A stretch of 64,000 nt of DNA from Bugula neritina (Eukaryota; Animalia; Bryozoa), in contig OZ037768.1 of the NCBI GenBank assembly GCA_964035545.1, positions 24,213,319 through 24,277,318 on the forward strand, written 5' to 3'. The notes below the pieces were generated by a model. It had not been told where the DNA came from, searched no databases, and saw only the letters and a program-made list of their open reading frames with translations. The translations under genes and the position numbers were made by a program. How positions within the stretch are numbered: position 1 is the stretch's first letter; each line of letters opens with the position of its first letter. Below are positions 1 to 12,385 of this stretch, one piece after another.

Positions 1-222
1 CTATATATTACTTGCTATAGTGTATATACTATATATTACTTGCTATAGTATATATACTATATATTACTTGCTATACTATATATTACTATAGTATATATAC
101 TATATATTACTTGCTATACTATATATACTATATATTACTTGCTATAGTATATATACTCTATATTACTTGCTATAGTATATATACTATATATTACTTGCTA
201 TAGTATATATACTCCATATTAT
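1..222. repeat. Intronic minisatellite ~28 bp (TATATTACTTGCTATAGTATATATACTA) ending just before a splice acceptor
   Basis: Direct tandem copies visible. Confidence 0.9.
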
Positions 223-227
223 CAAAG

Positions 228-3200
228 GGGAGGGAATCTCGCCAACTCTTTGACTAAGCAATTGGAGTCGCTGAGGGAGGAAAATAATAGACTGAGTTCT
301 CAACTCAAAGAAGCTACAGATGAGTTGGCAGAGCATAAGAAGGCCCCTCAACCCCGTCTCAAGTCTGCATCAGACACTGTGACTAAGGGCTCCAAACCTA
401 TGCTGCCTGCCAACCCTAAAGGAAGTGCTGCCTTTGTCCCGTCTGCTCCAGATGTAACAGCTAAACCCAACCAGCAGGTTTGTCAGTTGTCTTCCCTTTA
501 CCGGGTCTTATTGTATTGCTGAGGGTTGCTGAGTCATGGATATTCCAAGTTTTCTTTGAGCTCTTAGTTAATAAATAGCGGCTGCTGGACTATGATTCTG
601 TAAAACTTCAATACTAGAAGTTCTAAAAGCGTGTTTGCTTCCAACTTGCCTTTTAGTACTCATTTGTTATAAAAGGCCCTACAAGCTGACTTAATAACAG
701 AAAAGCTATTAGTTATGAAGGTCTGTTATTACAATATGCTTAGCTTTATCATCAGTAGAAACAGCTGCTCAAATAAAAGCTATTAAATCATATCTAATTC
801 TTATTGCGAGGAACACACTTGCTGAGCCTAGTCAATATTGACAGCAGTGAGATGTCTCCGTATACTGCTGTCTTTTGCCTTATGTTAGCTGCTGGTCTGT
901 GCTTTAGACTCAGGACAATGCGAAGCTGGCAGTGAGGGAGGCCAACTTGGTGGCCCAAGTCTCTGAACTTGAGGCTAAGGTTGTGGAACTCAAGCAGAAG
1001 CTAAGTGACGTGAACGTAGTGAAGGGCAAGGAGTTGAGTGATTTGAATAGACTGATTGATGAGTGTGCAGATGACAAGTTGCAGACGGCTAGGAGAGACA
1101 AGAGTGTCATCAATGTGAGTCATCCATTCATATACTTTGTATTATCACCACCTAACACTTCCACATGTCATTTGAAAGCTTGAGAATTACTAAATGTTTG
1201 GTGTGTATCATTATGTTAATTTTACGATACACGAGGAAAGTTAATAATTTTATTGTATGAAGTGGGACACTTTGTTTGAAGTTTTGTATCTTCTGAGGTG
1301 AAGTATATTGGTAGAGTTTACAAAGCAGTGTTTCTAATGGACTCAGTGAGCCTCTCTCTATGACTTCCTGTGTTTCAGGAGAAGAATGAGGAGATTAAGA
1401 AACTGAAGAATGAGATCAGACGACTGAAGGACACCTCAGTTCTGAGTGACTATCAAACCTGTCGGGAGGAAAACTCCAAACTGAGACAGCAAGCTGATCA
1501 ATTGCAACATGAGTTTGATTTGGTGAGTTGAGTTCTAGCTGAGCTGGATCAAGCTTGGCTAAGCTGAGCTGTGCTGTGCTGAGTTCATTTGTATGGACTA
1601 CCATTTTCAAAGTAGTTTTATACTGGAATTTCTTGCTGCAGCTAACCTGCATGTAGATGTGAATTGGATAGACAACTCCATAACACAGGAAAGATCTGTC
1701 TCATATGATTGGTTTTGTGAAGTTAAATGTTGTTTTAGAAATGTTTTGGTTTCTCCTTAAATTATAGAATATATTCTACAGCGTATGCTACAGGATGTTG
1801 ACTATAATAAGTTTGAAGGTGTATTATAACAAACAATGCTAGCTGGCAAATGTCTTACACGATTCTTTTTATAGGTTAGGTTTACAGTTACTTGACTTTA
1901 TGGTAGACATATTGCAGTAAGAGAGGCAGAGTTATTAACAATAATATTAAACTCATCTGTCTAGTTGAAGTTGTCTGCCTCTGATGCTCAGCAAACAGCT
2001 GCAGACGTTGCCAAACTGAATGACCAGATAAGCAGACTAGAAGAGGAGTTATCTTTCCTCAAGGAGAGAGATGAGGTTGCAGACGGAGAGGAAACCAAAG
2101 ATTCACAAATTTCATCCCTTCGATACGAGCTGCAACTGGCCAAGAAGGATATTGAGTCGTATCACAAGTGAGTGTGAGCTACGACTCGCTATTTCCTGTT
2201 GTCATTGTCTACTTTGTCCTTTTGTAAACATTTGCTCATACTTGTGGAGACGAGTCATAAAACAGTTACTTTGTCACCAGCGGACAGCCACCAACTGGCT
2301 CTACGGCCTACATCGTGCGAATGAGGGACGAGACTATTAAACGTCTGCATGAGAAAATTGGAGATTTGGAGAGACGCAATCAGAAGATGAGCACTACCCC
2401 GCCACGGTCAAGGACGACAACTCCCGGTAAATCTCGTCACAGAGAAGACAAATCTGATATGCTCGGTGAGTCAGTAGAGTGTCCTAGTCACGTGATCATA
2501 GTGTCCTAGTCACATGATCATAGTGTCCTAGTCACATGATCATAGTGTCCTAGTCACATGATCATAGTGTCCTAGTCACATGATCATAGTGCCCTAATCA
2601 CATGATTACAGTCACATGATTACAGTCACATGATTACAGTCACATGATTACAGTCACATGATATATATTACATATATTATATACTGCGTACGTGTTAGTT
2701 ATATTATACGCTGCCGTATGTGTTAGTTATATTATATACTGCGTATGTGTTAGTTATATTATACACTGCCGTATGTATTACATATATTATACGCTGCCGT
2801 ATGTGTTAGTTATATTATATGCTGCCGTATGTGTTGGTTATATTATATGCTGCCGTGTGTTAGTTATATTATACACTGCCGTATGTGTTAGTTATATTAT
2901 ACGCTGCCGTATGTGTTAGTTATATTATACGCTGCCGTATGTGTTAGTTATATTATACGCTGCCGTATGTGTTGGTTATATTATATGCTGCCGTGTGTTA
3001 GTTATATTATACACTGCCGTATGTGTTAGTTATATTATACGCTGCCGTATGTGTTAGTTATATTATACGCTGCCGTATGTGTTAGTTATATTATATGCTG
3101 CTGTGTGTTAGTTATATTGACTGATGAGTCAGCAAGAATGAAGGAGAACCTGGAAAAACTTGAGGCAGACAACATCAAACTCATACAGCTTGTCAAACAG

Positions 3201-6200
3201 AGAGACGGGAAAATATTTGAGCTGAAAGACGAGGTGAGTTTGTGTTGCAGTATGAGCTGTATGTCACATCATATTATATACAGTGTGTCACATCATATTA
3301 TATACAGTGTGTCACATCGTATTATATACAGTATGTCACATCATATTATATACAGTATGTCACATTATATTATATACAGTATGTCACATCATATTATATA
3401 CAGTATGTCACATTATATTATATACAGTATGTCACATCATATTATATACAGTATGTCACATCATATTACATACTATACTACACGGTATACTACACGATAC
3501 TATCAGGTGGAGTGGCTGAAGAAAGGGAAAAGTCAGGAGCAGCTAATCACAACTTATACTCGGAAACTGAAGCAAGGAGAGCAAGAGATGGGACAACTCC
3601 ACCAGTCTATGGAAATGCTGACTAAGCAGCACTCTGCTCTCCTATTGGCTAAAGAACATGAGATACTGGACGTGCGGACAGACTATGCTAAGCAACTTTC
3701 CTTGCTCATCAACGACTTTACCAACAGGAATAATTTCCAGGTACTCAGTCTTATACTGCATGTTGATTGGATACCTCTATGTCTTCCTGTATGCTATTGG
3801 TTACCTCTATGTGTCCCTGTATGCTATTGGTTACCTCTATGTCTCCCTGTATGCTATTGGTTACCTCTCTGTGTTCCTGTATGCTATTGGTTACCTCTAT
3901 GTCTTCCTGTACACTATTGGTTACCTCTATGTCTCCCTGTATACTATTGGTTATCTCAATATCTTCTGGTGTACTATTGGTATGTTATTGGGAATATAGT
4001 TTATAGTAACCTAGGACTCATCAGATAAATGTAGAGAATATATTACAGGCTTCTGTACCATCATTTTTAATTTGAATTTTTACTATATGCTTATGTATAA
4101 ACTCAATACGATTATTTGTAAAATATATTTAGTAAACTAAGTTAACAACCAACATTAACCACATGGTTTAGCTACAGGTGTATGTTGATATGTTATTCCT
4201 CTTGTGTTATACAGGAAGGAGAGATGAGAAAGCTGTGTAAGGATATTGACCAGCTGGAGAGGAGAAACCAGGAGCTGGAGAGAGTTCTACGCGACTACCA
4301 GGTCCTGAAATCTGAGCAGTTGCCTAAGATGAGGGCTGATTTGGAGTCACTCAGGTAGGGGACTTGATAACTTAAACTAAGTACTTAATGACTTGACAAG
4401 ATGACTCGGATACGGGACTTGAGTTACATTCGCATAACTTGGTGGTTTCAAGAATTTAAGTACAGGATGTTGATTTAGCCACATTGTCTGTCTGTTTGTC
4501 AGGAAGACTAAGGCCGATCTAAGGTCAGAGTTTGATAGATGTAACATACAACTCAAGGATACGCTCAGGATGGTTAGCTTGCTAGAAAAGGAGAAAGTGG
4601 ATGCGGCAAAGATGCACAGCACAGCAGTAGCCAATAAACAGGAAGAAGTAGACATGCTGCAAGCTCAGCTTGAGCTGCATGAAGTAAGTCTGTACTTACA
4701 CTCTCTCTCTGTCTATACTTACACTCTCTCTCTCTGTCTATACTTACACTCTTTCTCTCTATACTTACAGTCCAACAAGCAAACAGCCATCAGACAAAGA
4801 GATGCTGAAAATCAGAAGTTGAAAGCAGAGATAAGTGAGCTGATGGCGGGAGTCCAGGAGAGAGACGGCGCGGTGGCTCACTGGAAACTCAAACATGAGG
4901 ATACAAACCGGCAGATTGCAGACGTGGAGGAGAGACACGCCCTCATTATAAAAGGTATCAGTTTACCACAATACTTAGCTTTATCTTGTTTGAACTCCGC
5001 TGTGGTGAAAGAAATCAGTTTGTAATGTGAAATTATACTCTTTGTGCATTCTTTAAATGCTGTCTGGTTAGAAGGTTGTCTGAGTGGGGAAACATACTGA
5101 ACGGTACGAGTAAAAATTTTGAGATCAAATTTAAACATTGAAACACTTCTCTTAGCAGCCGATTATGAAGAACAGATTGTACTTCAATATAGTTTAAACT
5201 TATTTCTTGACACCTAGTCTGTTTGGAATTTTTGCTTAAGAATGACCCGGTTTTCACTACTTTGTAAATAATTTTGAGCAATAGTTTTGCCAGGACTTCA
5301 CATTTATGTTGGAGTTGTCTCTACCTGTAGCTAAGAACACGGAGATCAACACTCTGGTAGGTCAAATAGAGGAGCTGTCTAAGCAAGTGGATACGGCGTC
5401 TTCTGTCAATGATGCCGAACTGTTCAGACTGCAGTCACAGCTCAAAGAGCTACAGAGACAGCACTCTGACATATTGGAACAGAACCATTCTACCATCAAA
5501 CTGAAGGAGGAGGAAATGAAAAGACTATACTCAGAAATAGGTGAGTGAGTCATTAACTAGGTGAGTGAGTCATTGACTAGGTGAGTGAGTCATTGAGTAA
5601 CTGGGTCACTGATACAAGGAACATAGTACATTGTTCTGTTTTGTATTTGCATTCAACTTCTAGAGCATCAAAACTAACAAGATAGATTTGCCACTAAAGA
5701 CTGACTGTCACAGCGTGTCACAGCGTGTCACAGCGTGGTAGTCATTCTCTCCTGTTCTCTTCAGGTGATATGAGTGCTCACTTACATGCCGTAAACAAAG
5801 ACAAAGATGCTGAAATACAACGTCTGCGAAATGAGTCTTCTCTTTTGAAAGAGGAAAAGAAGGACATGCTCTCTGATAATCAGACACTCATGCAGGAGAA
5901 GCAGACGGAGATACGCAAGTTGATGGTTGACATCGAGAAGATGGAGGTTGACGCTGCCAAAATGCGTGCGACCAACGAGCAGGCTCTGTCGGATGTCAAA
6001 GCTGAGTACCAACTGCAGGTAACTATTGGCTGAGTTGACAGTAAACAACGGCAGCATGTCATCAGTTCATTGTTGTGTAAACTCTACACTGCGTATAATC
6101 TCGAAATCTATATATATAATCTCTACAATGTATGACAGATGGAGCAGTTCAGCACAGACAGAGCTCACCTCATTGCGGTCAAGGACAACGAGATTCAGAA

Positions 6201-7519
6201 TCTCAGACAGGAAATAGATAAGCTCATCAGTGAAGCTAAAGATGGAGGAAGTTCGATTGCTGAAATGAAGAAGACGATATTTCAGCTGGAGCAAGACAAA
6301 GCCGAGCTGCTTCTTCTCAAGGTACTCTTCCCAGTGCAGACGTTTATGAGTCATGATGTTTGTTTCTAAGGGTTTATCACAGCAAGATGACTTATTACAG
6401 TATAGCGTTATATATAACTGTACAATCAGAGCTTCTCTACCTACAGGAACAATGGCAGGCAGACATGGATAAGATATTCTCGGAGTACGAGGCCTGCAAG
6501 AGTGACAAGGATGACTTTGAGGGTATGGTGGACAGACTGAGTAGGGAGATGGAAGACAGAGTAGAGGGGCTGAAGGCACAGCACATTGAGGAGTTGACCA
6601 CCAAGGATAACCTTATCAGAGAGTTGTATACTAAGGTATGTCATCAGGTCATGTGATGCCACGAGGTCATGTGACTGCTAGCAGATAGGTGTAGGCCACA
6701 TTACTGTATCAACTGTGCTGTTATGCAGGTGGAGAAGATAGCTAAGGACAGGGGAGAGATGAGCTCACATCTACACGATGTACTGCAGCAGAAGGAGCAG
6801 AAGATTGAGGAGCTGTTCAAGAAGTTACATGAGTATGACCAATGTCTAGACGAAGCCGAGCAGGCCTTTAGAAGTAAACTGCAGAAGAAAGCTCAGGTTT
6901 GTGTGCCTTATCAGTAGCATATGAACAGTTACTATATGATCAGTAGCAATACTAATAGTTGTCATGGTCCTAGTAGTCCTAGTAGCAGTAGTAGCAGTAG
7001 TAGTAGTCGTAGTAGTCGTAGTAGAACTATCAGCCCTAGTAGTAGTAAGTAGTAGTAGTAGTAGTAGAAAGTAACAGCAGTGTTGAGTTTACTCTGTGCT
7101 GCCCCCACTGGGGTTTAAACCCGAGACCTCCAGTTTGCATCAAAGAGGCTACTGGGTAATCCCAATATTACATAATGCTCCAATGATAGGTGTTGTTACA
7201 TATTCAACAGGAAGTGAAGTGGCTGAGGGAGGAGATCCGTAAGATGGGAGAAGAAGGAATACGTCTGCTGGACATGAGAGAGCGCGAGATCGGGGATATG
7301 CGAGACCACCTCAAGACGATGCTCAAGGTCATGGAGCAACGCATCAAGTCTAGAAGCTCCTCCCACTTTGTGATAACGAGACCTCAGTCTATGAAGCCTT
7401 CTGAACCTCACCTCAAACCCTCTGTGAGGTCTTCTAAAAATCTTCCAAAGAAAACGAGTCGGGGATCTCGTACTTCGTCTTTCTTTAGTTCCCCTTCGAA
7501 AAAATCCTCTAGACAATAA
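228..7519 (+). CDS. Large multi-exon coiled-coil protein of unknown family (5' end upstream of window)
   Basis: Phase-compatible GT-AG exons at approx 228-477, 914-1114, 1379-1522, 1965-2167, 2281-2465, 3112-3233, 3507-3740, 4215-4354, 4503-4683, 4771-4954, 5331-5540, 5765-6018, 6139-6321, ~6431-6635, 6730-6896 and 7211-7519 (stop). E/K/L/Q-rich heptads, a recurring K-x-x-E-I-x-x-L motif and a basic S-rich tail. AATAAA near 7754. Confidence 0.85.
2478..3118. repeat. Adjacent arrays filling one intron: 22/15-bp (AGTGTCCTAGTCACATGATCAT) then 28-bp (GTATGTGTTAGTTATATTATACGCTGCC)
   Basis: Direct tandem copies; the last 28-bp unit supplies the acceptor at 3111. Confidence 0.92.
3258..3470. repeat. 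Intronic 24-bp minisatellite (GTATGTCACATCATATTATATACA)
   Basis: About 9 copies. Confidence 0.92.
3765..3990. repeat. Intronic 30-bp minisatellite (CTATTGGTTACCTCTATGTCTCCCTGTATG)
   Basis: About 7 copies. Confidence 0.92.
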
Positions 7520-7974
7520 TTTGCTTGAGATTTTATGTTTTGTAAATTTTGTTGATGTATATTAATTTTATTACACATTTTATTTGAATTTGTTATATTT
7601 TGTTGTATCTAATATTTATTTATTTTACTTTGCTGTGAGTGGCACATTGTCTTTATTTTAATTGAATTTACTTCAAATCAATTGACCATAGCTTAGATTT
7701 ACCACAGATATTCAAGTATTATGGAATATTTCAGTCATTTAATTTTTAATTTCAATAAAATAAAGGATATAAAATATTAAAAATTGAGTATTCACTAACA
7801 CATATTTTGTAAACAGGTTATTAGTAGCAAAATATAAAAAACTGTAAAAAGAAATTCATGCAACCAAATAACATCTGAAACCACTTCTCATCTAAAAATT
7901 TAACAATTAAGTATTACTAGTCATACAAGTGACTCGAAAGTTGGCTTGACTTAGCCATAGCTGCCTGCAAAACC

Positions 7975-10900
7975 TCATTTCCATACTCGTCTCCTGATTT
8001 CTTTATTCAGGAGTTGTCTTTCCTTCTTCACTTTATCCAAGACTCCCCTATTCTCTATAGCTCTTCTGCCCAGATAAGAAGTCATGATGTTTACTGGGCC
8101 ATATGGCATGCTTTTGTAAACAGGTATACCTAGTTCACCTGTGTATACATTACATTACTAGTTATAGCACCTGTGTATGCAGTACATACTATTTAGCACC
8201 TGTGTATGCAGTACGTACTATTTATAGTACCTGTGTATGCAGTACATTACTATTACTTACATTAGTATGTGAGTATATTGCTATATAGCAACTTGCTCAC
8301 CTAAGTGAAATGTTATATGGTCACACATGCCGTACAGCTGTCCAAAACACACAGAGCTCAAGGGGGGATTACTCTCAGATAACCTGTACAAATCAACATG
8401 TCTCTAGTAGCAACACGTGCAGTGAATAGCACACAAAATGCTGTAGAGTTGCCTTCTTTTTTCAAATCATAATCAAACTATAATGGCAGAACCGTCTTAC
8501 AAAGTCAAGTTAATTTCCTAACACAATGTTTTCCAATAAGGTAGGTTCTACTTACAGTGTAAATAATTGCCTCAAAGTCCCTTCATTGTGTGTCCCAAAC
8601 ATCACATCGATCTCTCCGTCTTTCCATTCACTGATTCTGTTTATAATATGAGCAGCTGTCTTCTCGTACATCAGAGTCGTGGCTTCGAATGTGGGGTTAG
8701 TTGGGTCTTCATATCCTATGGGAATATTCACCTAAACGTGACTAATTGAATACTATTTAACTGTGAGCAAACTAATGAACATGTCTTGTTGAGCTTTTCA
8801 TGCTACTAAGACAGATACTAGCTGTCTAACACTGTACTTTGATATGCGAGAGTTGTAGTCTCTTGAGTTTACCTCCTCATTCCAAGAGTTTGCGAGTTGT
8901 GTTGTTAATTCTTATATTGAAATAATTAGTCTATATACAAGTGATAAATTAAAATGGTTAGATACTAAAACAAGTGTTAACTGTTTTAAACTGACACCTC
9001 ACTAGAACTTAGATTATACTGCATAATATGCATACAACATATAACTAGCTGATGATACGTATATTAATGTGTTCTTGTGAAACACCATAACATGAAACTT
9101 CATCCTAATCGTTGTTTACAATTCAAATTCTAACTGTATACAGTGTATTACAAGCATAATATAATATATAAGCATATAATACGTGCATATAGTATAAGCA
9201 TATAATATAAGCATATAATAAAAGCACGTAAAAAGTAACACAACTTACTGTTAGACTCTGCAAGTTGTCTCTCCTGATCAAGATAAGCTCCTCTGACAAT
9301 TCGAGCACCGAACTTGATACCTTCTCTTTTACAATACTCCATGTCTCTGTCTACGTTCTCAAACGCACTCTACAGTTCAGCCACACAGAGGTGCTTATCA
9401 ACTCAACATGACGGTATGGCAGTAAAACTTTTAACTGAGGAAACACAGTTAATATATATTATTATATCACAGGAATAGTGATTAGCAGCAATTTTATGTT
9501 TGTTTGAAGCAATTTTTAAGCAACTAATAAATCCATCTTTTCCAAAAACAAGTTATTCTCCCAAAGATTACTTTCACTAACTTTTTGGGAAGGCAACTCC
9601 AAATGACCTTTAACTTTCAATATAAGCAGTTGATTTCTTAGCTTTTCATTCATTAGCAATTCCACTTTCATCATTTACACTGAGATATTTGTGGTCCACT
9701 TACTTTGAGATACGTCTGGTAAGTTACTAAAACGTTCACACTCTGACGATTGAACCTGCTCATCATTTCTACTCCTAGGATGCGTTGAATAGCCGGCTGG
9801 AAGTACGTCTGCTCAGCATCTATCATGACCTTGACCCCAGCAGAAGCAGCATACTGTAATAAGACACATACTATAACACTTGGTGATGCAAACATTAGCT
9901 TTGCTGTCTATAGAAATTCTTTTAGATACAACTTTTTTCCAAATTAGGAAAAAAAGGGCACTTGATTGTAGCAATGTTCCAAAGTAATTTTTCTATAAAA
10001 ACTGCAAAATTTTATTTTGTTGTTGTTTTTCAATACCTATAAAATATAAAAGAAACATGTTCATCAATTAATCAGCCTTGATGTTTCTGGCATTTTATAT
10101 TATGTGCTATAATTTAATGTTGAAGCAACTTCTAGACTTCATAGCAACTAATTTCTGTACCTCAATGATCTCTTCTCCTCTTTTTACTAACTTCTGAAGT
10201 TCCTCAACCTCTTCAGCTGTCAAGGATTTGCTGTCAGCTACGAGGTCAGAACTCTTGTGGTAAGATTCAAAGTCAGCATTTTTAGTATTACTCAAAATAA
10301 CTTGAGTGAGTTTTATCTGCAAAAGAAGTTTGTGAACAGTGAAAGCTTTCTACAGCTTTCTAACAGCTTTCAAGCCAAGCTAGCTTTACTTTTTACTCTA
10401 TTTTTAGCTCAATATTGGAAATCTAAAAGCTATCATGAAGTACTACGCCAAATGAATGATTTATACCCAGAGGTTGGGAGAGCAGAGGGCGGTTGGTTTG
10501 ACAGCGATATACCCCGTCTTGTTGGCAGCATCACTTGTAATATCAATGGCCTCTTTAAATGACTTTACGCTGCTAGCATAGAAGGGGTCATTGCCTAATC
10601 TGAAATATATTATTTAAAATAGAATCGTATATTTATCTCAATAAATAATAAAATGAAAAAATTCTTACAGGCATCAATTCTTTAATGCCTTTAATGAGGT
10701 TTAAACATTACAAGCAAAGTTCAACTTTTGGAGTATCAAAATTAGCTGTATAACTGATATCCAAGAAAATTGAGTATAAACAATTCTTAAGGAGGTAAAG
10801 TTGAAGTATTATTAGTGATAATGAAATATTATAAAATTTTAACGATTAGGTAACCCAAATGACATAACTGCAACAATTTTATATAGTTATATTACCGTAA

Positions 10901-11925
10901 AATTGTGCATTTATCATGGCAAAAAGATAATTAACAAATGATTGTGAAAATTAATTTAATAATTTAGGATGTTTACTTTGAGTCTGAAGATTTATCCTCC
11001 TCCAATGCATAGTATAGTATAGGCCCCACCCCACTGGCTAAGTAGTCTGCTATGATTGGCTTAACTGTCTCTTTCTTTTGGCCAATCACAAACTGGCCAT
11101 AAACTGTGGTCTGAAGCAGCTTTTCATGTAACTTCTTTCCTAGGAGCTTCCTTGAAGTTTTAAGCAGCTGCAACAATTAGTACAATGTTATATAACATTA
11201 TAATATTATATAATAGTACAATGTTATATAACATAATATAATATATTATATATTAATGCAGTAGGCCTATGAAATAATTATGTGAAAGATAATTTCACAA
11301 ATAATACAAAATAATATTTATTGCAATAAAATGAAACACAACATAGCCTAATATAGTAGAATACAATGTACAGTATAATATAACAATATAGTATATCATA
11401 ATGCAAAATATCAAAGCTTCATGCATAATATGATATAATACAATAAGTAAATAAAGCAATGTTATGATATAGGCTGTTTTATGAATTGTTTGAGATCAGT
11501 GCTATATCTCGATACTACAACTCCTTTTGGTGAATATACTCATAAAACATATATGCTTCAAATAGCGTCATTTGACTCTGTATAACTCAGTCTATTCACG
11601 TCTTACACAAACCTAAACATCACCACAGAACTGTCTCAACTCTCACCTGCTGATTGTGTCTGACAAGAACCTCAAAGGAACACAACCACAGCACCGTCGC
11701 AGCCCTAACCAGCTGTCGTCTGCTCTTACTCCTAAATACCGTCTTGTACTTATCCTCAAACTGCGTGTCAACTTTCTGTAGCAGCTCTTTGGTGTAGGAG
11801 GCTGATTCTGAGTGTCTAGATTGACATTGAGAGGCTGCTGGAAGCTTAGAAACTGTCCTGATGCCTTGTTGACGTGACGACACGCAATGCCTGAGAGAAG
11901 ATATAGCTGTGTAGTATCGCAGCAT
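7975..11925 (-). CDS. PRODH2: Mitochondrial proline dehydrogenase family, hydroxyproline dehydrogenase (PRODH2)-like
   Basis: Exons approx 11925-11647, 11167-10977, 10599-10467, 10316-10161, 9853-9704, 9368-9249, 8716-8556, 8383-8301 and 8138-7975. Motifs YGQF, AVKPTAL, VMIDAEQTYFQPAI, YQTYLK, GARIVRGAY, GTHNE, FGQLYGMCD and VYKSMPYGP...YLGRRAIEN. R/S-rich N-terminal presequence. Family is secure; the PRODH2 versus PRODH1 assignment is inferred. Confidence 0.9.
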
Positions 11926-12237
11926 GACTCTGTCCAGCTCGGAGGGAGATTGTGCTTAATCCTGTTAGTCATCCACAAGCTTCAATCAGCAGTCAGTCAG
12001 ATGTAGCGGCAGCCAAGTCAATTTGCTGCCGACTTATAAAGATCCCTAAATTTAATTAAAAGCTGAGAAGATGAGAGTAGAGATGCTTACTAGTTGGGGA
12101 CTGTATCCACTTTGTATAAACCCACATCTAAACAAACTTTATGGTCTGTAAAGAAATCGTCTTTTTAAGCAATCTATTTCATTTCTTCAGATGACCTTAG
12201 ACTACTAGACTGGACTACTCGCCTGAAAGATACTGAC

Positions 12238-12385
12238 TCCTATCCTCTTCTGCTGCCTTCTATTCTCTTCTGCTGCCTTCTATACTCTTCTGCTGCCTTC
12301 TATCCTCTTCTGCTGCCTTCTATTCTCTTCTGCTACCTTCTATCCTCTTCTGCTGACTCCTATTCTCTTCTACTGCTGCCTACTA
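12238..12385. repeat. 20-bp minisatellite upstream of PRODH (TATCCTCTTCTGCTGCCTTC)
   Basis: About 7 copies. Confidence 0.9.

Noticed and set aside
3258-3470. Shared TGTCACATCATAT core with the CEP41 array suggesting one satellite family
   Set aside because: Only 13 bp is shared, unit lengths differ, and the CEP41 unit derives from coding sequence. Coincidence cannot be excluded without a genome-wide search.
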